DNA of 64,000 nucleotides from NCBI GenBank assembly GCA_038127845.1, contig JAYPIL010000001.1, forward strand, positions 7,960-71,959, read 5' to 3'. Every line of letters begins with the position of its first letter. The stretch's first letter is position 1. Below are positions 37,981-49,300 of the stretch, in pieces. The notes beneath the pieces were generated by a model. The model ran no database searches. It had not been told where the DNA came from and was given only the letters and a program-made list of their open reading frames with translations. The translations under genes and the position numbers were made by a program. This DNA comes from Poseidonia sp. (lineage in GTDB: Archaea; Thermoplasmatota; Poseidoniia; Poseidoniales; Poseidoniaceae).

Positions 37981-38837
37981 GCTTCTTCCTCCGTTCTCGG
38001 TTCGAACACCACGCTGGTTCCCGCCAAAAGGTGCATCCCTTTCGGGTACTCGGGATGGTTGTCGGCTGCAGTGATGATTGATGAATGGTATCGGTCAGCG
38101 GGGACGCGAAGGTCCACTCTTGAGCCTAAACGAATCATGCCGATGCGCTGACCGCGACGAACGGCGTCACCGTCGAGAAGGTAGGGGACGATCGTTCGGG
38201 CGAGCGCCCCCGAGATTTGACTTAATTCAATGCGAACATCGTCCTCCAAACGATGCACTGAGCGAACGCGTTCGTTGAACTCGCTTTCTTTTTTGTAAGC
38301 AACTCGGTGCGGACCCCGCTTCAAGCCCTTTCCCGTCCGGTGCTCAATTCGCTCGATAACACCCGCTGAAGGTGCCCGGTTCACATGAACGTCAAGCGGC
38401 GACATAAACACAGCAAGCCGCCACACATCCGTGGATGATTCCTCGCCGAGAGGGACGGCCTCAAACCGTTGCTCGGTGGAAAATGTGAGGGGGTCATCGA
38501 GAGGGGAAGGGAACCAATCACCGGTGAGAGGATCGTGGTGAATCGCCCCCTTCTCTCGCTCTTCGCTGGTTGGTCGCCGCCCAATAGCGCGCTCCCTTAC
38601 CAAAAACAGAGCATGCCCGTCTGCTGGAGCCACCAACACGCCGTCTTCACGCGGGACAGGTCGATCGGGGTCCCGCCAAAAATAACCGAGAAACACGGCC
38701 AACATCAGACAGAGAATACCAAACAACGGAATGAGTCCTGCAATGGGGTCGATGAACGATCCAATGATGAGGGCGCTGACGCCCATCATGCTCATCGTGA
38801 TGACGGGGCTGTGGCCACCCGGGGCCAAGCCGGTCAT
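37977..38837 (-). CDS. psd: Archaeal-type phosphatidylserine decarboxylase proenzyme
   Basis: 'FMSPLDVHVNRAP' and the self-cleavage region 'IGMIRLGSRVDL' (G-S-R). The N-terminus has a TM anchor. Confidence 0.8.
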   Translation of the reverse strand: MTGLAPGGHSPVITMSMMGVSALIIGSFIDPIAGLIPLFGILCLMLAVFLGYFWRDPDRPVPREDGVLVAPADGHALFLVRERAIGRRPTSEEREKGAIHHDPLTGDWFPSPLDDPLTFSTEQRFEAVPLGEESSTDVWRLAVFMSPLDVHVNRAPSAGVIERIEHRTGKGLKRGPHRVAYKKESEFNERVRSVHRLEDDVRIELSQISGALARTIVPYLLDGDAVRRGQRIGMIRLGSRVDLRVPADRYHSSIITAADNHPEYPKGMHLLAGTSVVFEPRTEEEA

Positions 38838-38845
38838 GATATCAC

Positions 38846-39595
38846 CTATTCAGTCGCCCAAGGGTCCGTGCCGTCGCCCCATTCCGTGGGCGGAGCCGCT
38901 TCCTCTGCGCTTTCCTCGGCTGCATCCTCAACCACCGGTTCTTCTTCGGCAGGGGCTTCCTCCACGACTTCAACCGCAGCGGTGGCGGCTTCGGCCTCAG
39001 CGGCTTCGGCCTCTTCTTGGGCTTGCTCTTCCGAGCGAGCTTGCACCATCTCTTCCATGCGCTCGGTAAAGACACGGGACATGTGTTGGGATTTGCGTTC
39101 GGCTTCAACCGCACGCTCGATCATCTCGTAGCGTTCCTTGATGGCCTTGTTCAGGTCCTCGAAAATTTGCATGTGAGCCACATACCAGTCGTCACGGGCT
39201 TTCATCTCCGTCACCGCAAGGCGAAGGTCGTTGTCCAGTTCTTCTGCGATACCGAAAACTTTGCCGAGTCGGTCCTTTTCACGGGAGTACTTTTCTTCCA
39301 TCTTGTCCAGTTCAGGTTCAAGGTGCTCAACCCGCTTGGAGGACTTGGTGGCTTTCATTTCCAGTTCACGAACGCGCACGTCCTTTTCTGCGATGATGGA
39401 CTCGAGCGACTCTTTCTCGATTTCTCGGTCGATGATCTCCTTCTCCAAAACCTCAATTTCGGCCTTAGCGTCCACGAGTTCCTTTTCTTGGGTTTCGTAG
39501 GCAGCAAACAACTTCTGCAGGCGGTCGGTCTCGGTGGACAAAGCCTCCTCGAGTTCCTTGATTCGCACCTCAGGTGTGATGGTTCCTTCCGTCAT
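38846..39595 (-). CDS. Coiled-coil protein with acidic Ala/Glu-rich C-terminal tail, hypothetical
   Basis: E/K-rich heptad sequence. The C-terminus is 'EEQAQEEAEAAEAEAATAAVEVVEE'. Confidence 0.5.
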   Translation of the reverse strand: MTEGTITPEVRIKELEEALSTETDRLQKLFAAYETQEKELVDAKAEIEVLEKEIIDREIEKESLESIIAEKDVRVRELEMKATKSSKRVEHLEPELDKMEEKYSREKDRLGKVFGIAEELDNDLRLAVTEMKARDDWYVAHMQIFEDLNKAIKERYEMIERAVEAERKSQHMSRVFTERMEEMVQARSEEQAQEEAEAAEAEAATAAVEVVEEAPAEEEPVVEDAAEESAEEAAPPTEWGDGTDPWATE

Positions 39596-39699
39596 GTGTT
39601 CACCCGGAGGTCAAGCCTCCACACAACGCCAGTCCACTCCTCCCTATCAAGCCGACGCTCCAAAGAGCATTGTTTTGCACGGCTTCGTGGCCGTCCACA

Positions 39700-40677
39700 T
39701 CAGCGGAGCGCATCGGTTGCGGCCACCAATTCACGAGCGATGCTCACCTCACCCATGGAGTGGCCTGCATCGGGAACGATGACCAACTTGCTGCTAGGCA
39801 TGGCTTGATGCAATTCCCAGGCACTGCGTGTTGGACAAACCACGTCATAGCGCCCCTGAACAATCACCGTTGGAACGTCCTGGATACGATGGACGTTGTT
39901 CAGGATAAAGGCCTCTTCAACGAAAATGGCGTTGATGAAATAGTGGCATTCAATTCGAGCAAACGCAACTGCGAAATCCAAATCCTCGGCTTTGTCAAGG
40001 TATTCCGGATCGGGGAACAGCCGACTCGTGGCCATTTCCCATCGGGTCCACTCCTTTGCTGCAGCTCGACGAACATTGACATCCTCGCTGGTCAAGCGAG
40101 CGTAGTAGGCCTTGATCAAATCGTCTTGTTCGTCCTTCGGAATGTGCTCACGATAGGGTTCGAACGCATCGGGGAAAATGTGACTCGCCCCGTCCTGGTA
40201 GAACCAGTGAAGTTCGGACCTTCGGCACATGAAAATGCCACGGAGCACCAAACTGAGCACACGGTCTCGATGGTGTTGCGCGTAAATCAAAGAGAGCGTT
40301 GAGCCCCATGAACCCCCAAAAACATGCCAGGCATCGATGCCGAGATGGGTGCGCAGGGCTTCGATGTCGTGAACGGAAGCGTGGGTGTTGTTCTCCTCAA
40401 GTTCGGCATAGGGTGTTGATTGACCGCACCCGCGCTGGTCAAACTGTACGATGTTGAACGCCTCGGGGTCGAAATACTGCCTGTACGAAGGTTGTCCTCC
40501 GCCGCCCGGACCACCGTGAATCACCACAACGGGAATGCCATCGGGGTTGCCACTTTGTTCCCAGGCGATGGTGTGGAGGTCCGACACGGCAAGCATGCCC
40601 GTGGTGTGCGGCTCGATGGAAGGATAGAGAACATCTGCAAGGGTCGTGGTGTGGTCAAGCATGTTCTTCGCACGCAC
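39700..40677 (-). CDS. pip: Proline iminopeptidase (S33 prolyl aminopeptidase)
   Basis: 'VVVIHGGPGGG', nucleophile 'GGSWGSTL', and 'YQDGASHIFPDAFE' are typical of Pip. GTG start. Confidence 0.9.
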   Translation of the reverse strand: MRAKNMLDHTTTLADVLYPSIEPHTTGMLAVSDLHTIAWEQSGNPDGIPVVVIHGGPGGGGQPSYRQYFDPEAFNIVQFDQRGCGQSTPYAELEENNTHASVHDIEALRTHLGIDAWHVFGGSWGSTLSLIYAQHHRDRVLSLVLRGIFMCRRSELHWFYQDGASHIFPDAFEPYREHIPKDEQDDLIKAYYARLTSEDVNVRRAAAKEWTRWEMATSRLFPDPEYLDKAEDLDFAVAFARIECHYFINAIFVEEAFILNNVHRIQDVPTVIVQGRYDVVCPTRSAWELHQAMPSSKLVIVPDAGHSMGEVSIARELVAATDALR

Positions 40678-40739
40678 TGGGCGTGCATGTTCCTTTCGCT
40701 GTGAACAGGTTCATGGATGTCCGACCAAGGCAGGATAGC

Positions 40740-41357
40740 ATGGGCACAAGAGACGCAACCGACCTGTTCAGCGAATGGGCCGATATTGGGCGTGATGAGG
40801 GCATGGAAAAAGGGCACAGCGCGAGCGTTGAAGCCATGCTGAACGGCCTGCTTGAGGGATGGTCTTCTCCCTTTACCGCCATTGACATCGGTTGCGGAAA
40901 CGGTTGGGTCGTTCGTCGCTTCAAGGAGCATGCGTTGTGCACCCATGCTTCAGGCATCGACGGTGCACCCTCGATGATCGAAAAGGCACGCTCGGTGGAT
41001 CCTGAAGGCGATTATGTTGAAGCGATGTTGCCCGATTGGGTGCCGAACCAGCCGGTGGACCTCGTCCACACGATGGAGTGCCTGTACTACCTGCATGATC
41101 CTCTAGCCTTCCTCAAAACCGTTCACCGGTCGTGGATGAAACCGGGCGGTCGAATCGTCATCGGTGTTGACCACTACCTTGAGAATCCTTCCAGTCACGA
41201 CTGGGGTACGTCGCTCAACGTCCACATGACACTCATGTCCATGGACGAGTGGAAGAACGGGTTGTTGGAAGCAGGTTTTTCCGACGTGCGTGTTGAACAA
41301 GTTGGACAGAAAGAGGGCTGGAGTGGCACGTTGGTCCTCCATGCCTCACGAGGATAA
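40740..41357 (+). CDS. Class-I SAM-dependent methyltransferase
   Basis: Motif I 'AIDIGCGNGWVV'. The protein is about 205 aa. The upstream part of the track ORF may also be translated (alternative start 40683). Confidence 0.75.
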   Translation: MGTRDATDLFSEWADIGRDEGMEKGHSASVEAMLNGLLEGWSSPFTAIDIGCGNGWVVRRFKEHALCTHASGIDGAPSMIEKARSVDPEGDYVEAMLPDWVPNQPVDLVHTMECLYYLHDPLAFLKTVHRSWMKPGGRIVIGVDHYLENPSSHDWGTSLNVHMTLMSMDEWKNGLLEAGFSDVRVEQVGQKEGWSGTLVLHASRG

Positions 41358-44300
41358 ATCCCTCATTCCAAGCGGTTCACCGACGGGGCCACACCGGCGA
41401 ATATCGCCACGGTAAAACGGACAGAGTCCACAGGTGGTTGATCCCTCGGGAAGCCGAGCGGGTTCTTCGAGGCGTGGGTTCAGGTGCACGGCACTCCGCC
41501 ACTTGAGATGGTTTCTCAACGCTGTTTTGGCCTCTTTGAATTCGTCGGCCGTGAGTTGAATGACCCGGCCGTTCGCACCCAGCAACAGGGACGGTGGCAA
41601 CACCTTCCGCTGGAGGTGGTCGGGTTTTCGCTGCTCGATGGCTTCCAGCGCCATGGCGTACAGGGTGAGTTGAAGGCGATGCTCGTCCAACAGGGCTTGT
41701 TCCTCGGGCGTGGCAGGCTTGACCGACAGATTGGTCGGCGGCTGTTGTTGCAGTGGATGGCCCTTTGCCGGGTCGGCTTCATTGAACTTCGCAAGACAAC
41801 CCTTGGTCTTGAGGTCAACCACCTGAAGCGCACCTCGCCCTTCTTTGTTGACCAGCGCAAGCACCAAATCTGCTCGCCCATTGAATTCCATGGTCACGGC
41901 CCCCACGTTGGCGCCCAAGCGCTCAGCAGAAGGCATCAGCGCCCGGAGTGTAGGGTCTTCCATGGAAAGCGTTTCTTTGTGGAAGAAAGGCAGCTCTGTG
42001 CGAACTGCCTCAACCGTCCAGCCGTCAATCGTCTCGCCACCGACCCAACGGCCCAACAAGCCCTCGTCGATGAGCGAGCCGAGGTGCAGCAGACGATTTC
42101 GCCAGGTGGCTTCGGGTTGTCCATCGGCTTGCTCCACGCCGAAACCGAATTCATTCATCACCCTCGCAACGGTGCTCGGGGACGCAAGGTCATCCTCGCT
42201 TTCGTGCAGCCAACTGGGTTCCAGTGGAGGTGTGGAAGCGCTGATGTTCAATGGGTTTCGTAAACCAATCTCCAACACTCGATGCATCATCAAGCCGAAA
42301 TCCGTGGCTTTTGGCCAATCCCCGTTCGTGTTCTCTCCGGTTGAGCCGGGGAGGAGGAAGGGTTCCGTGGTCCATCCCTTGATGTGCTCAAGCCAGTATT
42401 TTCGTGGGCAGGCAAGCGTAGCGTCCAGGTGATGGGCAGCACCTTTGATGCTTTGCGTAACGGACAGGCGGCTTGGGTCAAGGGGTGCTCGTTGGGGGCC
42501 TGAATCGAGGTGCTGTTGAAGCGCCCTCACGCGCTGCTGAGCCGACAACGGTGGATTTGGTGTGAAGCACTGAGGATGGTGGTAAAGACGGAAACCGGTC
42601 ACGCCGTTCTCGCCGAGCGGTGCATTGGCGAGCAGCTCGGCCGGATTGAGGGGTGTTTGGGTGTCTTGGGGCGTAAACAACGGCAGTTCGCTTTGTTGAA
42701 AGTCGCTCTCTGTGAGCCAAGGTGAGGCAGCGTCCTCAGCCTCCCATGAGGCGCGACGAAGGCCTTCAATGAGCATTCTTCCCATGGTCCTCGGGTCGGG
42801 ACGGATATGAACGGACAGCGAACCTGAGGATGCGTCGAACGTTGAACGCTTACCGGGTGTGCCCGTCAGAATCAAACGGTCTCTCACTCGGGTCAAAGCG
42901 ACGTAGAATTTCCTGCGCAACTCTGCCTTGTCTTGTGCGTTGTTCATTTCCGTTGCAAACATCCACAACCCATCTTTTGGCCGCTCCTTTGCGCGCCACG
43001 GCTGTATCCGTCCAGCAACGATTTGTGGGGTGACAAGGACGTTGTCTTGAACCGCCATCGTCACGTCGGCTATCCCTGCAGAGAACAAACCGGAAACCAC
43101 CACAACCGGGGCTTGGAGACCTTTTGAGCCGTGAATGGTCATGATTTGAACCGAGGACGCATCGGGCTTGGTGATGGCCTGTGGACCGTCTTTCCCCAGC
43201 GCACGAATGTCCACCAGACGACGATGGATGGCGGCCACATCATGTCCCGATTCTGTTCCGATACCGTGAACCATCGCCACCCATGCTTCTGCAAACTGTC
43301 GCTGAGCATCGTCCGGATAAGCCACGAGGAGGTCGGAACGGTCGAGGATGGCGTCAAAGACATCGTAGAGAGCACCCCACTGAGCCATTTGCTGGAGGTC
43401 TTCGAGAAGGTCTTGAACGGCAGGGGTAGGTGCATGAGCAATCAGCGCAGGCCACACGGACTCACCGACGGGTCGTTGCGTCAGCATTTCGTGAACCTGA
43501 GCCTCCGTCAACCCCATCAGCGGTGACCGGGCGATGTCAAAGGCAGCCCGACGCATCGTGGGTTTAGCCATCAATGCCAGCACCGCCATCAGAGGCTGAA
43601 CAACGGGTTGGTTGAGCAGCAGGCCCTGGCGGTCGGCCATCACGGGGATGTTTCGGCTCCTTAGGCGCTGGACCAAATCGGGAAGGTGGCGCCGTGAGTT
43701 CACGAGAATCATGATGTCTTGAGGACGAACGGTTGGTCCCTCTTCTTCGACCTCAATCCATGTGGCATCGGTTGCATTCCACACCCTCGTCGGAGCGTGA
43801 TCGAGGAGAGCTCGAAGGCGGTTCGCAAGCAATTCGTGCTCCAGTTGGACATTCGATGCGGAAGGGTCCTCAAAGGCTTCAAGCGCTTCATCCAAATCAA
43901 GCGGCACGGCTGTCGCTCCACCCTGCACGGGCAGCAACCACTCCAAGACGCCGGGTTCATCCGTATCCCGTGCGGGGCGTAATCGCTGCGGTTCAGCATG
44001 CCACTCACCCGGAAGGGCATGGTAGCGAGGATGAAACACTTCGTCGAACATACCGTTCATGGTTTCCATCAAGTTGTGACGCGTACGGTGGTTGGAGGTC
44101 AAGTCGATGTGACCTTCTGACCGCCGTTGGAGACGCTCTCCCGTGATGGGTGGGGCGGTGTCCACGTCTTCCTCGTGAAACGGAACGTGGGTGTAGGGAG
44201 CTGAGGCTTCACCCGTGTGTTCGTTGGAAAACGACCCCTTCTCTCCTCCTCCACCCACCGGGCGAGGGTCACGACCGCACCCCGGAGCACGCAGGTGATC

Positions 44301-46334
44301 GAGTCGCTGGTCGTTGATTTCGAGGTTGTTGAAGGCTCGGATAGCCGCCACGGCTCGGCGCATGACGGAAACCTCTGCCTGTCGGAACCGGTAGATGCTC
44401 TGTTTCATGTCGCCCACAATGCAGACCGTCGGGTCCCACGGACCGAGGGGGCGTTCAGGGTCATCGGTTTGACGACGTCGTCGCCCCCAAAGACGGGCAA
44501 GAAGACGGTAATGGGACGGGTTGGTGTCTTGGTATTCGTCGATAATGAAGGCCCGAAATTGGCGACGTAAGTCGCTGAGGATGGCATACCGCCGCTGAAG
44601 GTCCTCGAGCAAGACGGGGCGGTCATTGAGCAAGGTCAAGGCACGAGAGATGTGGACATCACTCCATGGTTCATCGCCCATACCGTCGAGAGCGTCAATG
44701 ACCTCATCGGGATATCGATGGCGGCACACATCGGGACATCGAGCGAGCAGAAGGTCCGCGGCAAACCGTTGCATATCATCAAAATCATGCATTCCATCAA
44801 GCGATTTTCTTCGGGCGAGAATTTGATGGCATGCAGTATGCATCACAAAGAGGTCGCTGAGCACTTCCGTTTGCAACTGTGCCGTGACATACGTGTTCCG
44901 TTCTCCGGGCTGCAACGGCAACGGCTCTTCCAAGGGGTCGAGACGGAGCGGGCAATTGAGCGGCATGCCGTCGAACCCCGTTCCGGGTGAAAGCAAAAAC
45001 GCCGAGCGAGAAAGAAGGCGAATCAAGGTCCCATCGGAGGAATTCAGAAGCCTGAGAAGTGGAGGCAGCCGGTTGTTTGCTCGTTGGTACAACCGTTCTT
45101 TTTCATCCTCATCGATGGTGCCAACGTTGGATTTTGCCATCAACCCAGAGGGCCACTTATCTCCGCTTGGCAAAAGCCCCCCGGGGAAGAAATTGCATTG
45201 AGGTTTGACCAAACCCGAGGAAGTCGAGAGGCCGAGAAACAGTTGCCACATCCAAGAAAGTTGATCGCCAACCGAGGTTGGCATCGGCTGAGAAAGCAAG
45301 CGGCGGAGATGGTTGTAACGGGTGAGGTGAGTTGCCGCCTCGGCGGGCTGAACGCAATGCTGGTGATACGGTGCAAATTCATCCAACCAACCAAGAAGAT
45401 GTTGGGCGACGTCTCGCATGAATCCCGGCAACACATCGGCGACGGGTTCAGCGATGGTGTTCAACAACACCTCCACAGGGACAGGGCCCCTTCCGTTCCA
45501 TGGAAGGTTCATGTCGTGCGCACGCTGAATCATCGACCGATGGGCCTGTTCGACGAACAACGATTTACCGAGCAATCCGTTGAGCACAACTTGAGCTTGT
45601 TCTTGACCTCCCAATCGAGTCACGAGTCGCGTTCGCGCTTCAAGGAAAGCGGCATGGTGGTTCAAAACCCCGGCTTCCCGTGCATCGTCGGTTGACCGAA
45701 TCCGCCAAACGGCGTGGAGGGTATCGTTCACCATAAGCGGTGCTCGTTCCTCGGAGACTTGTTGGTTGGACGGATACAATGCGACGAGATCGATGTAAGG
45801 GCTCACCAGTTGGTTCAGGAAGGCATCGATGGTCGAAATGGGTGCTTCATCCAAAGCAGAAAGCAGCATCTCAACATCGCCTTCGCTTCGCAACCTCGGG
45901 TCGAACATGCCCTCTTCACCATGACCAACAGGCGTCGCTCGGGCTTGACTGAGTCGATGACGGATGCGGGCTTTCAACTCCGCAGCGGATTTCCTGGTGA
46001 ACGTGATGGCCGCCACCTCGGAAGGCAACAGGCCCGGCCACGCTGTGAGGTCGGTGCGTTCTCGTTTGGGAGTGCGCAAGGCGCCATGACCCGAGAGCGG
46101 CATTCGTGGACCGGGGGGTGTAACATGGGTGGCGCGTTGGTCGCTCGCAAAGAGGTGCTGCACGTAGCGTTCCGCCATCACGGTGGTTTTTCCAGTTCCA
46201 GCACCTGCATCCAAGGCAATGTGTCGGTCCAAATCCAAACCCAGTCGCTGACTGGTGTTGAAGTCAATGGTCACAAGCCACCCTCCCGTTCCGTGGATGC
46301 CCCGCATGAATGGGCGATGGGGCAATACTGGCAA
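41346..46334 (-). CDS. AddA-like helicase-nuclease subunit. It combines a UvrD/PcrA SF1 helicase with a C-terminal Cas4/AddB-type PD-(D/E)xK nuclease that carries Cys ligands.
   Basis: Walker A 'DAGAGTGKTTV', motif II 'IIDEYQDTN', 'TIHGSKGLQ', 'YVALTRVRDRLILTG'. The nuclease region has 'ACPRKYWLE', 'VVDLKTKG', 'LQLTLYAMALEA', and a terminal 'CGLCPFYRGDIRRC'. Length is 1662 aa. Confidence 0.8.
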   Translation of the reverse strand: MPVLPHRPFMRGIHGTGGWLVTIDFNTSQRLGLDLDRHIALDAGAGTGKTTVMAERYVQHLFASDQRATHVTPPGPRMPLSGHGALRTPKRERTDLTAWPGLLPSEVAAITFTRKSAAELKARIRHRLSQARATPVGHGEEGMFDPRLRSEGDVEMLLSALDEAPISTIDAFLNQLVSPYIDLVALYPSNQQVSEERAPLMVNDTLHAVWRIRSTDDAREAGVLNHHAAFLEARTRLVTRLGGQEQAQVVLNGLLGKSLFVEQAHRSMIQRAHDMNLPWNGRGPVPVEVLLNTIAEPVADVLPGFMRDVAQHLLGWLDEFAPYHQHCVQPAEAATHLTRYNHLRRLLSQPMPTSVGDQLSWMWQLFLGLSTSSGLVKPQCNFFPGGLLPSGDKWPSGLMAKSNVGTIDEDEKERLYQRANNRLPPLLRLLNSSDGTLIRLLSRSAFLLSPGTGFDGMPLNCPLRLDPLEEPLPLQPGERNTYVTAQLQTEVLSDLFVMHTACHQILARRKSLDGMHDFDDMQRFAADLLLARCPDVCRHRYPDEVIDALDGMGDEPWSDVHISRALTLLNDRPVLLEDLQRRYAILSDLRRQFRAFIIDEYQDTNPSHYRLLARLWGRRRRQTDDPERPLGPWDPTVCIVGDMKQSIYRFRQAEVSVMRRAVAAIRAFNNLEINDQRLDHLRAPGCGRDPRPVGGGGEKGSFSNEHTGEASAPYTHVPFHEEDVDTAPPITGERLQRRSEGHIDLTSNHRTRHNLMETMNGMFDEVFHPRYHALPGEWHAEPQRLRPARDTDEPGVLEWLLPVQGGATAVPLDLDEALEAFEDPSASNVQLEHELLANRLRALLDHAPTRVWNATDATWIEVEEEGPTVRPQDIMILVNSRRHLPDLVQRLRSRNIPVMADRQGLLLNQPVVQPLMAVLALMAKPTMRRAAFDIARSPLMGLTEAQVHEMLTQRPVGESVWPALIAHAPTPAVQDLLEDLQQMAQWGALYDVFDAILDRSDLLVAYPDDAQRQFAEAWVAMVHGIGTESGHDVAAIHRRLVDIRALGKDGPQAITKPDASSVQIMTIHGSKGLQAPVVVVSGLFSAGIADVTMAVQDNVLVTPQIVAGRIQPWRAKERPKDGLWMFATEMNNAQDKAELRRKFYVALTRVRDRLILTGTPGKRSTFDASSGSLSVHIRPDPRTMGRMLIEGLRRASWEAEDAASPWLTESDFQQSELPLFTPQDTQTPLNPAELLANAPLGENGVTGFRLYHHPQCFTPNPPLSAQQRVRALQQHLDSGPQRAPLDPSRLSVTQSIKGAAHHLDATLACPRKYWLEHIKGWTTEPFLLPGSTGENTNGDWPKATDFGLMMHRVLEIGLRNPLNISASTPPLEPSWLHESEDDLASPSTVARVMNEFGFGVEQADGQPEATWRNRLLHLGSLIDEGLLGRWVGGETIDGWTVEAVRTELPFFHKETLSMEDPTLRALMPSAERLGANVGAVTMEFNGRADLVLALVNKEGRGALQVVDLKTKGCLAKFNEADPAKGHPLQQQPPTNLSVKPATPEEQALLDEHRLQLTLYAMALEAIEQRKPDHLQRKVLPPSLLLGANGRVIQLTADEFKEAKTALRNHLKWRSAVHLNPRLEEPARLPEGSTTCGLCPFYRGDIRRCGPVGEPLGMRDLSS

Positions 46335-49300
46335 TGCTTGCCAGGTGTCGGGTTGATGTGTCCTTGAGCGGCACTCTCAACGGCTCGTTCCGCAACGATG
46401 ATGCGTTCCAACATCCATCGTCGGAACGGTGTCATCGAACCCTCTTCTCCGAGTTGTGTGGGGAAATGATTCGGGAAAACACGAGTGATTTCACCAAGCG
46501 AAAGGCTCTCGTCGAGTGCCTCAAGGTCGCTTTCCAACTCGACATAATGCGTCGTATCTTCTCCGATTTCGCTGGCACCGACACCGACCACGCGATCGTT
46601 TGGGTGCAACACTTCCCATGCGCGAGCATACAACGCCAGCTGCATGTCTTCAAACAAACATTGCATGTGACGTAAGCCCGCTTTCTTGGCCGGAGGGCCG
46701 TTGACGGTTTTCAAATCACGAATAACCACCAACCGTTGAGCGGTTCGAGATGTCCCGTCAAGCGGATATGGGGTGTCGTAACGGGTATCCCCAAGAATGC
46801 CGTTCTCCCTTAGGTGCTCTTCCTGCGTCGCGGTCAGTGAAACCACATCGACCCTGTCTGCGTACCCAAACAGTCGGAAGCCTTCCCCACCATCAGCACG
46901 GGAAGTGATGTGAACCGAGCGGTCGGACCCGGATACGGGCAACCATTCCACGGCAACGGGACTGGCGCTGGTGAGGTTAACGTCAGCTGAAAGCAAGCGA
47001 GCGAGTCGCCCTCGGGGTGGCAGGACAAGATCGCCCTCTTGGAAGGCTTGCCACTCATCGGGCGTTGCGTCGACCAAATCACGGGTCCGGTGGATGGATA
47101 CTGCGTTGTGCCGTCCGAGCCAAGCCACATCGCGTTGAAGGAAATCAAGAACGGTGTCCCAACCCGCTTGCCCTTGACCCATCGGGCCGAGATGAAGCGG
47201 TTGAATATCGTGGGTCATCTCGCCTCCCATGGGCACGCCGTGGCCTTCCAAGACCGCTGCTCCGGCCCGATGGATGACCTGTCCGCGGGTGCGAAGGTCC
47301 ACATCTTCTGCTTCTACGCCTTCATCTTCACCTGCGAGTAAAATTTGCTTCACCCAGGCCTGACGGGGACATTTGAGCCATGTTTCAATGCGGCTTGGCG
47401 ACCACACCTCTCGTTGGTACGGGACCCCCATCGCGCCAAAGCGGTGGCTCATGGTCAATCCCTGTTCGTGATAAGGTGGAAGCGGTCGTGGGTCAACCGA
47501 AATTGAAACGGTCCCTGCTGGACGGTGCCCGAGATGGGGCCACAACGATGCTTGAGCACCCGCAACCTTCAGCGAAGCCCGCGTGGGACGAAGGACAACG
47601 GCTTCGGTGCTGGCAAGATGTTGACGGTTGTCCCAAGAAAAGGTCGCCTGCTTTGCCAGTTGGCGATAATTCGGTTGTCTTCGGATGCGGTCAGCGTGAA
47701 GGCTGGCCTCATAGGAATCAAACACGGCGAATGAGTGATTGATGGAAGGTTCGTAGGGAAGCGAATGTTGGAGGTCCAACCCGAGTTGCTGTCGCTTGTC
47801 TGCCCCGGAGGAACCGTGCCGAATCCTTCGCGGGCCTTCGGGCGTCGAGGCTGTGACGTAATCCGACGGTGTCATCCAACTTCCATGCCCTTTTTCTCGA
47901 ACCACCCAGTCGAACCTCCGCTCTTCATCATCGCCATGGACCATGGCCTCCGGAAGAAACGACGGAGGATGGCGCATGTTGTCCCATTCGTTGCTGCGGC
48001 GCACGTCGCTCAACCATTCAGCCAGTGGAGCACTCGGTCCACCTCCCTCCTCTGGCGTGGAATCAAAGATGACGATTTGGGGGGCTGCGTTGAGCAAATG
48101 GCGAAGGTGGTGACGCCCCCTGCGTACCGCCAGGTCCGATTGGAACATGCCCAGTTCCAACTGCGCTTGGGCATCCAACCAAGGAACGACAGGGGTTCGC
48201 ATGGTCCACGAATCAACGTCGAGGCCGGCGAAGACGAGAAGATCCGCTTGACAGCCCAACGCATCCTCGGGGGTCACCACGTTGATGTTGCTCGTTCGTG
48301 GATGAAGGGCGCCCACCGTCATGGACGCTCCGATGTGTTCCAACAACTCGACAAACCCTCGCCCGTGGGTTGGTACGGGAAGGTCGAGACCGCGCATGGT
48401 GCTGGTCGTGGTGCTCAGCCCCTCCATCAAGGTCTGAAGTGTTCCAAGACCCAAATCGTACGGGGCTCGACGCTCGGTGAGAACATCGTAATCCATGCAG
48501 GAGAGCAACCAAACCAACCATGCGCTCCCGTCGACCGGTTGGGCAGGCAAGGGCAACACTTGACCGGTGCTGCACCCTTGGTGCGTGGCGTTCAGCAAAT
48601 GTTGGTCCTCACCCGGAAGCAACGGAGCCCATGCGTGCAACAGGCATGCCATCCACCATTGGGTTTCTTCCAAGGCTTGGCGCTTCTGTTCGGGGTGACG
48701 CTCGGTGAAGGAAGGACGTCCCTGAGAAAGGACACCCAACCATCGAGCCATGGCACCCGGTCCACCAAGCACGTGAAATTGACGAGAAATCTCTTCGAGA
48801 ACTTCAGGATGAATTCTCGCTACCCAATCCTCTTGGGTCGGATGGGAAAGGTCAGAAAACATGGTTGCACTGAACGGAATTGTTGCCGAAGCAAACAGAC
48901 TTTGGAGAGAAGATTGTGACCACGCCGTCATCCCTTGACCGAGCGAAGCCGCTCTCATGACGGCATTGAAGAGGGGTTGTTGGTCCAGTGAAGATGTGCC
49001 TCCTCCCCATGTAAGACCAATTTCCCCAAGGGCTTTCGACCAGGTTTCTCGGCGTTCTTGAACAGCGCCATCAACGATGAGAACGCGACCGTCTTCTCGT
49101 TCCTTGAAGGCTTTGACCAAGGCGATGGTGGCCGCCACCGTATGGCGTCGCTCATCAACGGTGATTCGCGTGTGCTTTGTCTCCAGCGCTTCGCCGACCG
49201 GCGTTCGCCAGCCGTCCTGCGATGGAACCCAGACATCGTGCGGGGGTACCCAAACGGGCAACGTTTCCGTCGTGCAGGGATCTTCGTCGACGAGGTAGGC

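Noticed and set aside
40682-41357. A 1-nt discrepancy between my manual base counting and the ORF-track coordinates around 40680-41360
   Set aside because: This is most likely my own counting error on the wrapped sequence lines. The track coordinates were used and internal start sites were derived by codon arithmetic from them. It has no biological significance.
47735-48919. 394-aa + strand ORF inside the addB-like gene. A 374-aa + ORF lies inside maeB (17892-19016) and a 250-aa + ORF inside the permease (6625-7377).
   Set aside because: These are shadow ORFs opposite genes with strong motif support. Their products are Arg/Gly/His-rich with no motifs.
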